Shown piece by piece: positions 57,332 through 64,000 of a stretch of 64,000 bases of DNA (its first letter is position 1; every line of letters starts with the position of its first letter). This DNA is from Desulfuromonadales bacterium (lineage in GTDB: Bacteria > Desulfobacterota > Desulfuromonadia > Desulfuromonadales > Geopsychrobacteraceae). The notes beneath the pieces were generated by a model. That model saw only the letters and a program-made list of their open reading frames with translations, was not told the origin of the DNA and did not search any database. The stretch covers positions 2,505 to 66,504 of the forward strand of contig JAHYIY010000012.1 of NCBI GenBank assembly GCA_019429255.1. The letters run 5' to 3'. A program made the translations under genes and the position numbers.

Positions 57332-58121
57332 ATGTGTCGCATCGGTGCCATCAAGAGTCTGAACTACGTGCATCCCAGTATGGCGCTGCAGCTCGATATG
57401 ATTGAAGACCCGGCCGGCATCCTGATCAAGATCGGTCAGGGCGCCAAAACCGGCGATGGTGGATTGCTCCAGGCCGGCAAGGTGGCCAAACATATCCAGG
57501 AGAACCGCGGCGTGCCCAAGGCCGATCTGCTAAGCCCTCCCAACCATCAGGGACTCTATTCCATTAAGAAAAGTGTGCAGAAGATGTTCCTGTCCCTCAA
57601 TGCCGCCTTCAAGTTTCGGGTAGCGGTGGCGATCAAGGTCGCCGCTTCAGCCACCAGCGTCAGCGTATTTAACAATCTGGTGCGTGACCCCTACAATATC
57701 GTGGGTGGCTTCTTTCTTGACGGGATCGACGGCGGTACCGGCGCCGCCCATGAAGTCAGCCTCGATCACACCGGCCACCCCATTGTCAGCAAAATGTGTG
57801 ACTGTTACATGGAGAAACGCCGGCCGCCAAAAAAAAGCATCAGCTATTACTGTTGAGAGCCTGAGCAAGGAACTCTATCGCCCCCAGAATCGCGGCCGCT
57901 TCGAGGCCAGCGCCGCCGGCGAACGCTCACGGTGTATGTCGTGCGGCAGTTGCCGCGACTGCACCATGTGCCTGGAAGTCTGCCCCGAAGGGGCGATCCG
58001 CCGGGTTGAAGATGAAAAGGGCAAATTCGAGTATGTTTCCGATGGCGAATATTGCATCGGTTGCGGCATCTGCGCCGGTATCTGTCCGTGTGGTATCTGG
58101 GGGATGGAGCAGGTAGTGTAA
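57332..58121 (+). pseudogene. Mosaic glutamate-synthase-like remnant (GATase N-terminus + part of the FMN domain + frameshifted 4Fe-4S ferredoxin tail)
   Basis: MCRIGAIKS (class II amidotransferase start) joins after ~21 aa to IKIGQGAKTGDGG...LLSPPNHQGLYSI...DGIDGGTGAA (GltB FMN-domain core). This frame stops at 57856. A second frame (57684-58121) carries CMSCGSCRDCTMCLEVCP and CIGCGICAGICP. An A8 tract at 57826-57833 lies at the frame junction. Confidence 0.45.
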
Positions 58122-58153
58122 GCACAGAATGCCCTTCAATCGCCATAATCATT

Positions 58154-58233
58154 GCCACCAAGGCACCAAGAAGACCAGGAGAAGCTAAGCTTTTGTTATA
58201 GGATTTTCTTGGAGGACTTGGAGCCTTGGTGGC
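58154..58233. repeat. Family-B palindromic repeat (B3)
   Basis: gccaccaaggcaccaagaagaccaggagaagctaagc...ttcttggaggacttggagccttggtggc. Confidence 0.6.
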
Positions 58234-58331
58234 TTAATATGGTTAATTGGATGGGACTGTCACCGTCGTATAATTGACTGACAGGTCTAATGTGGATTAC
58301 TATAGCTATAACTATCCACATGGAGGTGTTG

Positions 58332-58565
58332 ATGAAAACCGTTCAGATGACATTGGACGAAGATCTGCTCGAAGCGGTTGACCTGGTATCAGCAAAGCTG
58401 AATACCAGCAGGTCGGCATTCGCCCGTCATGCCCTTAAAGACGCGGTCGAGCGCTATTATATCCAGCAACGCGAGCAGCAACAACGTGAGGGGTATCTGC
58501 GCCATCCCGTCGCCAGAGAAGAATTTGGAGACTGGGAAAATGAGCAACAATGGGGCGATGAATGA
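58332..58565 (+). CDS. RHH (CopG/MazE-like) antitoxin
   Basis: MKTVQMTLDEDLLEAVDLVSAKLNTSRSAFARHALKDAVERY; 4-nt overlap with the toxin gene. Confidence 0.7.
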   Translation: MKTVQMTLDEDLLEAVDLVSAKLNTSRSAFARHALKDAVERYYIQQREQQQREGYLRHPVAREEFGDWENEQQWGDE

Positions 58566-58882
58566 AGCGCGGAGAAGTTCGCTGGTACAAATTTAATCAG
58601 CCTGACAAACAACGGCCGGTTCTGGTGTTAACACGTGATTCCATTATTGAATATTTAGGCGACATCACGATCGCACCAGTCACCACCAGAATCAGAAACA
58701 TCCCCTCAGAAGTTGTTCTGACCCCTGAAGAGGGCATGCCGCAGCTCTGTGCCGTCAACTGTGATCATCTTCAGACCGTGCAGAAATCGCGTTTGGGAGC
58801 AGTGGTCACATCGCTCACCAAGAGCAAAATGCAGGAAGTGTCACAGGCGTTGGCTTTTGCCCTGGATTTGCATAACTGCTGA
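58562..58882 (+). CDS. mazF: MazF/PemK-family endoribonuclease toxin
   Basis: MKRGEVRWYKFNQPDKQRPVLVLTRD...ITIAPVTTRIRNIPSEV...VNCDHLQTV. Confidence 0.88.
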   Translation: MKRGEVRWYKFNQPDKQRPVLVLTRDSIIEYLGDITIAPVTTRIRNIPSEVVLTPEEGMPQLCAVNCDHLQTVQKSRLGAVVTSLTKSKMQEVSQALAFALDLHNC

Positions 58883-59012
58883 CGGCGGGATATACAAATT
58901 GTCCGCCATCGGTATGGTTGTAGATTGTTTGATGGAGAATCAGAAGGGGTAGTTTGTGGTTAGTTATTTAAGAGAATGTCCCTCCAGCTGTACAGGTTGC
59001 CTGCTTGATAAC

Positions 59013-59044
59013 ATATAGTGACCATGGTATCGTGGTCACTATAT
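59013..59044. promoter_or_regulatory. Perfect 12-bp inverted repeat, candidate antitoxin operator
   Basis: ATATAGTGACCA-N8-TGGTCACTATAT, ending 22 nt upstream of the antitoxin ATG at 59066. Confidence 0.45.
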
Positions 59045-59065
59045 CACTTTCATCAGGAGGAGGCC

Positions 59066-59299
59066 ATGTCGGAAGTCGTTTCGAAATCTCAATTTAAACC
59101 GCGGGCATTGGAATATTTCCGCAAAGTTGAAGATCAAGGTCGGGAATTAATCATCACCGATCACAACCAGCCGGTTATTAAAATTATTCCTTATCAGAAA
59201 GAGCCTCATCAGGTTCTGCGCGAGTTGCGCAACAGCGTTCGGCGCTATGAGCAACCTTTAGACCCCGTCGCTGAAAATGATTGGGAGGCCCTGCAGTGA
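59066..59299 (+). CDS. Phd/YefM-family antitoxin (partner of VapC)
   Basis: MSEVVSKSQFKPRALEYFRKVEDQGRELIITDHNQPVIKIIPY. Confidence 0.8.
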   Translation: MSEVVSKSQFKPRALEYFRKVEDQGRELIITDHNQPVIKIIPYQKEPHQVLRELRNSVRRYEQPLDPVAENDWEALQ

Positions 59300-59691
59300 T
59301 TGTTCTTGATACCCATGTCTGGCTGTGGTGGTTAAGTAACCCGGAAAAGTTATCACCACCGGCCGAAAAGGCGATTGCTGCGGCTATAGGGGAAAATGGC
59401 ATTGTGATCTCTTCCATCTCAAGTTGGGAGATCACTCTGTTGGTGAAACGTGGTCGCCTTGAATTGGCTATCGATCATCGCGATTGGATCAGCAAGACGC
59501 AAGGATTGCCATTTGTTCAATTTGCCCCGGTAGACAATATTATTGCCTTGCGCTCGGTAGATTTGCCCGGCGATTTTCATGCAGATCCTGCCGATCGTAT
59601 CATCACTGCCACCGCCATGACGATGGCTCTCCCCCTGATTACCTGCGATCATAAAATCATCAGCTATCCGCACCTGCAGACAATCTGGTAA
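59296..59691 (+). CDS. vapC: PIN-domain VapC toxin
   Basis: VIVLDTHVWLWW...SSISSWEI...HADPADRIITATA (PIN acidic residues). GTG 59296 overlaps the antitoxin stop. Confidence 0.88.
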   Translation: MIVLDTHVWLWWLSNPEKLSPPAEKAIAAAIGENGIVISSISSWEITLLVKRGRLELAIDHRDWISKTQGLPFVQFAPVDNIIALRSVDLPGDFHADPADRIITATAMTMALPLITCDHKIISYPHLQTIW

Positions 59692-59724
59692 ACGGCCTGA
59701 TCCTGTCTGGTAAAGGCTAACCCC

Positions 59725-59949
59725 GATTCAAGAGCATTTTGCCGCGATGAAAATCCATGAAAATCTGTAGGTAAAACCTTTGCTGCTGAAATTTTTGGCT
59801 GTGTTTAAATTTAACAGACCTTGATAGATGTTGATCGCGGCAAAAAACTGGTTTTTCTCTCCGCCACTCCCTCCCAGCGTCTGCGTTGTGGCTTTTTGAT
59901 TCAGCAATTAAACAATGCCCACTCGTCTCGCCAATAAAAGCTATATGGT
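59725..59949 (+). repeat. Family-C repeat, full unit (copy C-A)
   Basis: gattcaagagcattttgccgcgatgaaaatc...gttgatcgcggcaaaaaactggtttttctctccgccactccc...ctatatggt. Near-identical to 63064-63298. Confidence 0.7.
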
Positions 59950-60089
59950 GTTCTGCGACTTCGCGCAGGATGACACAGAAGGACGTTGACTGGAAAAAAA
60001 CGAGTGTCATTCTGCGCGGAGCTAGGCGTAGTCGCAGAATCCATATCCTGTTTTCTGATTTACTGGAGTCAAATAGATAACCAGATTTC

Positions 60090-60344
60090 TTAATAATGAA
60101 AACGGCATTGAACAATAATAAGGCTGTCGTCGGTGACTTTGTACACTAGCCGGTGGGTGCGGTCGATACGTCTGGACCAGTAGCCGGTCCAGTAGTGCTT
60201 CAAGGGTTCCGGGTTGCCAATGCCGTCAAACGGGTGCCGTATCGTTTCTCTGATCAGGGTGTTAATACGTTGGAAAATCTGCTTATCCGCTTGCTGCCAA
60301 TAAAGATAGTCGTCCCATGCGTTTTGTGCCCAGGAGAGTATCAT
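60090..60344 (-). CDS. yoeB: YoeB (Txe) toxin
   Basis: MILSWAQNAWDDYLYWQQADKQIFQRINTLIRE...PEPLKHYWTGYWSRRIDRTHRLVY. Confidence 0.9.
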   Translation of the reverse strand: MILSWAQNAWDDYLYWQQADKQIFQRINTLIRETIRHPFDGIGNPEPLKHYWTGYWSRRIDRTHRLVYKVTDDSLIIVQCRFHY

Positions 60345-60595
60345 TCTTCACACAGATCGCGCTGAAGGCTCTGACCTGATTCGATCTCGCTAATGGCCTC
60401 ATTGAGTCTTTGAGCGTTCTTCGGACTCGCCATCAAGTAAGCTGTTTCTTCGTAGGCATGAAAATCGTCAAGGCTAATCACCACCGCAGGGCTGCCATTT
60501 TGCCGGGTAATCAGCACCGGCATGTGGTTTTCGCTGACCCTGTCGAGGGTTTTTGCCAGATTATTTCTAAAGGCAGAGTAGCTCATGGTCTCCAT
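60341..60595 (-). CDS. yefM: YefM antitoxin
   Basis: MSYSAFRNNLAKTLDRVSENHMPVLITRQNGSPAVVISLDDFHAYEETAYL. Two TTGTAC half-sites (60623-60628, 60635-60640) lie in its promoter region. Confidence 0.9.
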   Translation of the reverse strand: METMSYSAFRNNLAKTLDRVSENHMPVLITRQNGSPAVVISLDDFHAYEETAYLMASPKNAQRLNEAISEIESGQSLQRDLCEE

Positions 60596-60774
60596 CTTGA
60601 TCCTCCTTATGCGTTTCTATCATTGTACCTATATTTGTACGCTAACCCAAGACGGTTTTGTTATATCAGACTTGACTATATCAGCTCACCCCAATATTCA
60701 AGCGGCACGATGGTGAGGGGTGACTACCTGAACAATTTTTTACCATGTGTTCTGCGACAATTATGATCCCAACC

Positions 60775-61056
60775 TTAACGCTTATCAGCAGCTTTGTAGA
60801 CCAGGTTCCTGTCACGTTTCCCCACGGCTATGATAACGACAAGTAGTTCGGTATCATGGACTTCGTAGACGAGACGAAAACCGGCGCTGCGCAGTTTGAT
60901 TTTGTATCGGTCGGTGTGGCCAAATAATTGCAAAGAGGCTATGCGTGGGCAATCAAGGCGCTCAATAAGCTTTTTTTTGAATTGGCTGCGAACAGTCGGA
61001 TCAAGTTTTCGCCATTCACGCAAAGCTTCTTCTTTGAAGCTCAGGTCATAGTTCAT
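60775..61056 (-). CDS. relE: RelE/StbE-family toxin
   Basis: MNYDLSFKEEALREWRKLDPTVRSQFKKKL...YKIKLRSAGFRLVYEVHDTELLVVIIAVGKR. Confidence 0.85.
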   Translation of the reverse strand: MNYDLSFKEEALREWRKLDPTVRSQFKKKLIERLDCPRIASLQLFGHTDRYKIKLRSAGFRLVYEVHDTELLVVIIAVGKRDRNLVYKAADKR

Positions 61057-61294
61057 CCACGGTCACCTTGATTTCAGCTTGATCTTTTCGCTGATCTGAA
61101 ATCTCATTGAGTTCGGCATCTTCAAGGCGATTAAGAAGTGCTTCATAGGTTGCAGCGGGAATGCAGTAGAAGGCCGGCTCATTACGATTAAGAATGGCAA
61201 CGGGAAAACCTTCACCTTCGGCGACGGTACCCATTGGGTTGCGTTTTAGCTCGGTGATGCTCGCAGTGACGGTAGAGTAGATTGAATGTGCCAT
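61046..61294 (-). CDS. relB: RelB/StbD (Phd/YefM-fold) antitoxin
   Basis: TASITELKRNPMGTVAEGEGFPVAILNRNEPAFYCIPAATYEALLNRLED; overlaps the toxin gene by 11 nt. Confidence 0.8.
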   Translation of the reverse strand: MAHSIYSTVTASITELKRNPMGTVAEGEGFPVAILNRNEPAFYCIPAATYEALLNRLEDAELNEISDQRKDQAEIKVTVDEL

Positions 61295-61579
61295 GTTTTC
61301 ACCTCCTTTGTTGAAACAGTAACATTTTTAGAGGCAGAGTAAAAGATATTTAAAAGCACCTTTAGAGGTTCGATTAAGTAGTAGAATTTCGGTTTACTAG
61401 TCTCAGGGTGGGGTTAAATTTTATCGGAGAGTCGCTGTAGTCGCAAGAGAAGGAGAGGAATGCTGATTCAACTATTAAACAACCCTATGTATACCCAGCA
61501 TCTGGTTATGCTTTTAAAACAGTTAATCAACGTACCCTTCGACCTGGTTATTTGTTACTATGCACAAGAGGAGGTGAAT

Positions 61580-61879
61580 ATGAATGCGGTAGAAATCTTT
61601 GAGTTGATTCGACAAAACAAAACAGAGTTAGATCGTTTTGGCGCAAGCCGCATTGGCCTGTTCGGCTCACAAATTCGCGGCGAAGCCCGTGCTGAAAGTG
61701 ATATAGATTTTATCGTTGAATTCGTAACTGGCCAGAAAAACTATGACAATTATATAAACTTATGCTTTTTTTTAGAAGATTTGTTCAATAAGAAAATCGA
61801 CCTCCTGACCCCGGAATCCCTCAGTCCCCACTTAAAGGAGCGGATTTTGGGAGAGGCCCAATATGAAATCATCCATTAG
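61580..61879 (+). CDS. mntA: MntA-type minimal nucleotidyltransferase antitoxin
   Basis: RIGLFGSQIRGEARAESDIDFIVEF (the GS-x10-DxD NTase motif). ATG 61580 follows AGAGGAGG. Confidence 0.85.
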   Translation: MNAVEIFELIRQNKTELDRFGASRIGLFGSQIRGEARAESDIDFIVEFVTGQKNYDNYINLCFFLEDLFNKKIDLLTPESLSPHLKERILGEAQYEIIH

Positions 61880-62264
61880 TTATCTTCGTCACATACTTGA
61901 TGAAACAACATTTCTGGTTGAGCACGTTGGTTCCTGTCGTCCTGATCATTTCATGCGTGACCCGGTATTACACCGCGCAGCAATACGGAGTATTGAAATT
62001 ATTGGTGAGGCGGTAAAGAACCTGCCCGAGGAATTGCTGGTAAAATATCCCGAGGTCGAATGGCGTAAAATGGCAGCTACCCGGAACCGGTTGATCCACG
62101 GATATTTCTCCGTTGATATCGAACTTGTCTGGGATATTGTGGTTTCCAAAATACCTGAGCTTAAAAATCAGATCGAGAAAATTATCGATGAAATTTCCGA
62201 TTTAGATCAGCCACCAAGGCACCAAGTGCACCAAGAAAAGCTTGGGGAAAAGACAACAACCTGA
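61863..62264 (+). CDS. hepT: HepT (DUF86) toxin; the 3' end reads into a family-B half-repeat
   Basis: IEIIGEAVKNLP...RNRLIHGYFSVD (the Rx4HxY HEPN motif). The last ~19 codons (DQPPRHQVHQEKLGEKTTT) are encoded by repeat sequence. Confidence 0.85.
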   Translation: MKSSISYLRHILDETTFLVEHVGSCRPDHFMRDPVLHRAAIRSIEIIGEAVKNLPEELLVKYPEVEWRKMAATRNRLIHGYFSVDIELVWDIVVSKIPELKNQIEKIIDEISDLDQPPRHQVHQEKLGEKTTT

Positions 62265-62406
62265 TTTAAAAGCTTTTTGCCGCGATGAAAATCTATGAAA
62301 ATCTGTAGGTAAAACCTTTACTGCTGGAATTTTTGGCTGTGTTTAAATTTAACAGACCTTGATAGATGTTGATAGATGTTGATCGCGGCAAAAAAAGGTT
62401 TTTTAT
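62210..62406 (+). repeat. Family-B left half-arm fused to the family-C left part (copy C-B)
   Basis: gccaccaaggcaccaagtgcaccaag..., then ctgatttaaaagctttttgccgcgatgaaaatctatgaaaatctgtagg...gatagatgttgatagatgttgatcgcggcaaaaaaagg. Confidence 0.65.
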
Positions 62407-62420
62407 CATAGCCCCCAATG

Positions 62421-62708
62421 TTAAACAGCAGTATGTAGTGGCTTGACCTTCAGATCGTCGTTCTGTTGCATAGCCTTGGACAGTTCATAATTTGACTGTA
62501 ATGTCATCCAGAACCGAGCGGTACTGACACCGCTTTTTTCCAATCGTAAAGCTAACAACGGACTGATGCCTGAACGGCCATTGATGATACGAGACAGGGT
62601 TGAGCGGGCTATGTCAAGGCGGTTGGCCGCGTCAGTCACGTCAATATTCAACGGCAGCAAAACATCCTCTCGTAGTATTTCACCGGGGTGCGGATGATTT
62701 TTAAGCAT
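62421..62708 (-). CDS. higA: HigA-type XRE-HTH antitoxin
   Basis: MLKNHPHPGEILREDVLLPLNIDVTDAANRLDIARSTLSRIINGRSGISPLLALRL; RBS AAGGAG. Confidence 0.85.
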   Translation of the reverse strand: MLKNHPHPGEILREDVLLPLNIDVTDAANRLDIARSTLSRIINGRSGISPLLALRLEKSGVSTARFWMTLQSNYELSKAMQQNDDLKVKPLHTAV

Positions 62709-62719
62709 AAAAAACTCCT

Positions 62720-62905
62720 TCAATGATAGTCCTGATAATCCAGCAGTTCGACATTCTGGTCAATAAAGCGAAAAGTAACGCGCCAGTTTCCACTTACCCA
62801 CAGGGAATAGTATCCCTGCAAATTTCCTTTAAGGGGGTGGAGACGATATCCAGGGAAATTCAGTTCCTCCAGCGATGATGCTGCATCAAGGGCAGCAAGA
62901 ATACC
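62720..62905 (-). pseudogene. higB: HigB (RelE-fold) toxin lacking ~30 N-terminal codons
   Basis: Hand translation: GILAALDAASSLEELNFPGYRLHPLKGNLQGYYSLWVSGNWRVTFRFIDQNVELLDYQDYH*. The frame opens after a TAA at 62915-62917 with no start codon. A C8 tract and repeat sequence abut it. Confidence 0.6.
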
Positions 62906-62918
62906 CCCCCCTTTTTAT

Positions 62919-63298
62919 CAGACCTTGATAGATGTTGATTGCGGCAAAGAACAGGTTTTTCTCTGCGGCTCTCCATCTCAGCGCCTCAGCGTTAAGGCTT
63001 TTAACGGAGAGTCGCAAGAGAAGGAGAGACGCAAGAGAAAATCTTGGGGTAAAGACAAAAACCTGATTCAAAGGCATTTTGCCGCGATGAAAATCTATGA
63101 AAATCTGTAGGTAAAACCTTTACTGCTGGAATTTTTGGCTGTGTTTAAATTTAACAGACCTTGATAGATGTTGATAGATGTTGATCGCGGCAAAAAACTG
63201 GTTTTTCTCTCCGCCACTCCCCCCCAGCGTCTGCGTTGTGGCTTTTTGATTCAGCAATTAAACAATGCCCACTCGTCTCGCCAATAAAAGCTATATGG
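62919..63298 (+). repeat. Diverged family-C right part (62919-63063) followed by a full family-C unit (copy C-C, 63064-63298)
   Basis: cagaccttgatagatgttgattgcggcaaag... followed by gattcaaaggcattttgccgcgatg...ctatatggt. Contains the 10-bp tandem duplication gatagatgtt. Confidence 0.65.
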
Positions 63299-63362
63299 TT
63301 TACCTCTGCGCAACAAAATGATAATTTACGACAAGGAATGCTAACTCAGCGGCGAGGCAAAA

Positions 63363-63584
63363 ATGCAAACCAACCTATCAGAAAAAATATTGCAACTCAG
63401 CATATCTGAGCGGATTCAACTTGCTGAGGATATTTGGGATAGTATTGCTGTAAATCAGCGATGTGTTGATCTGACGGACCTTCAGAAAACAATACTGCAG
63501 GAGCGGTTGGAAGATTATGCTGCCAATCCTGAATGCTGCGAAAGCTGGGATAAGGTTCGAAAGCGGATTTTGCTGACCTTATGA
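63363..63584 (+). CDS. Putative addiction-module antitoxin (Unstab_antitox/TIGR02574-like)
   Basis: LSISERIQLAEDIWDSIA motif; 73 aa; 4-nt overlap with the downstream toxin gene. Confidence 0.7.
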   Translation: MQTNLSEKILQLSISERIQLAEDIWDSIAVNQRCVDLTDLQKTILQERLEDYAANPECCESWDKVRKRILLTL

Positions 63585-63880
63585 TGCAGCAGCAAATCAT
63601 TGTCAGAGTGATTGCCGAAACTGACATTATAGAAGCGGCCCGATGGTACGAGCAGCGCGATCAAGGTCTCGGTACAGAATTTATCAGAGCCGTAGATGCC
63701 TGCATCGCTGCTATTGTAAGAAACCCCCGTCAATATCCCGTTGTTTATGAAAATATCAGAAGAGCACTTCTCAGGAAATTTCCCTTCGGCCTCTTTTTTC
63801 TGATTGAAAACGGGAGCATTATCGTTTTGGCTTGTTTGCACAGCAAACGGCACCCCTCGGTTTTCAAAACGAGAAAATGA
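63581..63880 (+). CDS. RelE/ParE-superfamily toxin
   Basis: IVRVIAETDIIEAARWYEQRDQGLGTEFIRAVDACIAAIVRNPRQYPVVYENIRRALLRKFPFGLFF. Confidence 0.8.
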   Translation: MMQQQIIVRVIAETDIIEAARWYEQRDQGLGTEFIRAVDACIAAIVRNPRQYPVVYENIRRALLRKFPFGLFFLIENGSIIVLACLHSKRHPSVFKTRK

Positions 63881-64000
63881 AACTTTTTAGCGTAACCCCG
63901 AGCAACTATTCACCCGCAGCCCAAAAATCGTCATCTCCGAGGGCTTTTGTCGGGGATCTACGCCTTTTAACTCTGAAGAAGAATCTGGATTCCGGCCAAA

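Noticed and set aside
59725-59850. Family-C hairpin as integron attC sites (ATTTAAC matches RYYYAAC; GTTGATC is close to GTTRRRY)
   Set aside because: The two candidate core boxes are only ~14 nt apart, not at the ends of the hairpin. The terminal arms (TTTTGCCGCGAT/ATCGCGGCAAAA) do not match R''/R' consensus. Repeats do not follow every cassette, and no intI is in the window. Kept only as a hypothesis to test computationally.
59717-60115. 132-aa minus-strand ORF and 59886-60080 plus-strand ORF
   Set aside because: Both are composed of family-C repeat and hairpin sequence. Equivalent ORFs are not preserved in the other repeat copies.
63161-63180. Tandem gatagatgtt gatagatgtt (also at 62361-62380) as a CRISPR-like or microsatellite array
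   Set aside because: Only two 10-bp copies with no spacers. This is a simple duplication polymorphism within family-C units. No CRISPR array exists in the window.

Overview
64-kb chromosomal segment. On gene content it most resembles a Desulfuromonadales-type deltaproteobacterium (Geobacter/Desulfuromonas-like): an Ehr-type hydrogenase-like complex, a CbcBA-like b/c cytochrome module, and many sigma54 enhancer-binding proteins. This is inference only; no database search was possible.

Layout:
- 1-4.4 kb: housekeeping and envelope genes.
- 4.5-14.5 kb: an HTH-PTS-EIIA regulator translationally coupled to a seven-gene complex-I/hydrogenase-4-like operon. Its large subunit has lost the NiFe-ligand cysteines.
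- 14.7-15.4 kb: tadA and tRNA-Ser(CGA).
- about 15.5-27.9 kb: a lower-GC accessory block starting at a duplicated tRNA-Ser 3' end. It holds a truncated TetR, the operon arsR-arsC-acr3-(usp fragment)-arsD-arsA, a second divergent arsR, parDE, ccdA with a nonsense-mutated ccdB, a beta-barrel OMP, a secreted Ntn hydrolase, small secreted proteins and a stand-alone receiver.
- 28-48 kb: core genes (TauE, zupT, aminopeptidase, a domain-less sigma54 activator, a CheC/X-like pseudo-receiver protein with decayed che fragments, pcnB, miaA, a GT2, an FG-GAP protein, uup, glcF/glcD-like plus larA lactate genes, an SDR, ilvE).
- 49-57 kb: a sigma54-promoter-driven 7-heme cytochrome c plus cytochrome b operon, with a hybrid kinase, an NtrC-type regulator and a GAFTGA-less EBP paralogue.
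- 57.3-58.1 kb: a mosaic glutamate-synthase-like remnant behind its own sigma54 promoter.
- 58.3-63.9 kb: seven type II toxin-antitoxin modules in 5.5 kb, interleaved with repeats.

Three families of structured intergenic repeats recur through the window. No rRNA, CRISPR array, transposase or integrase was seen.

The best candidates for under-described biology are the Ehr-type complex with its EIIA-HTH partner, the repeat-scaffolded TA array, and the GAFTGA-less EBP next to the cytochrome operon. None is demonstrably new from sequence alone. Repeat boundaries are by-eye estimates (about +/-5 nt).
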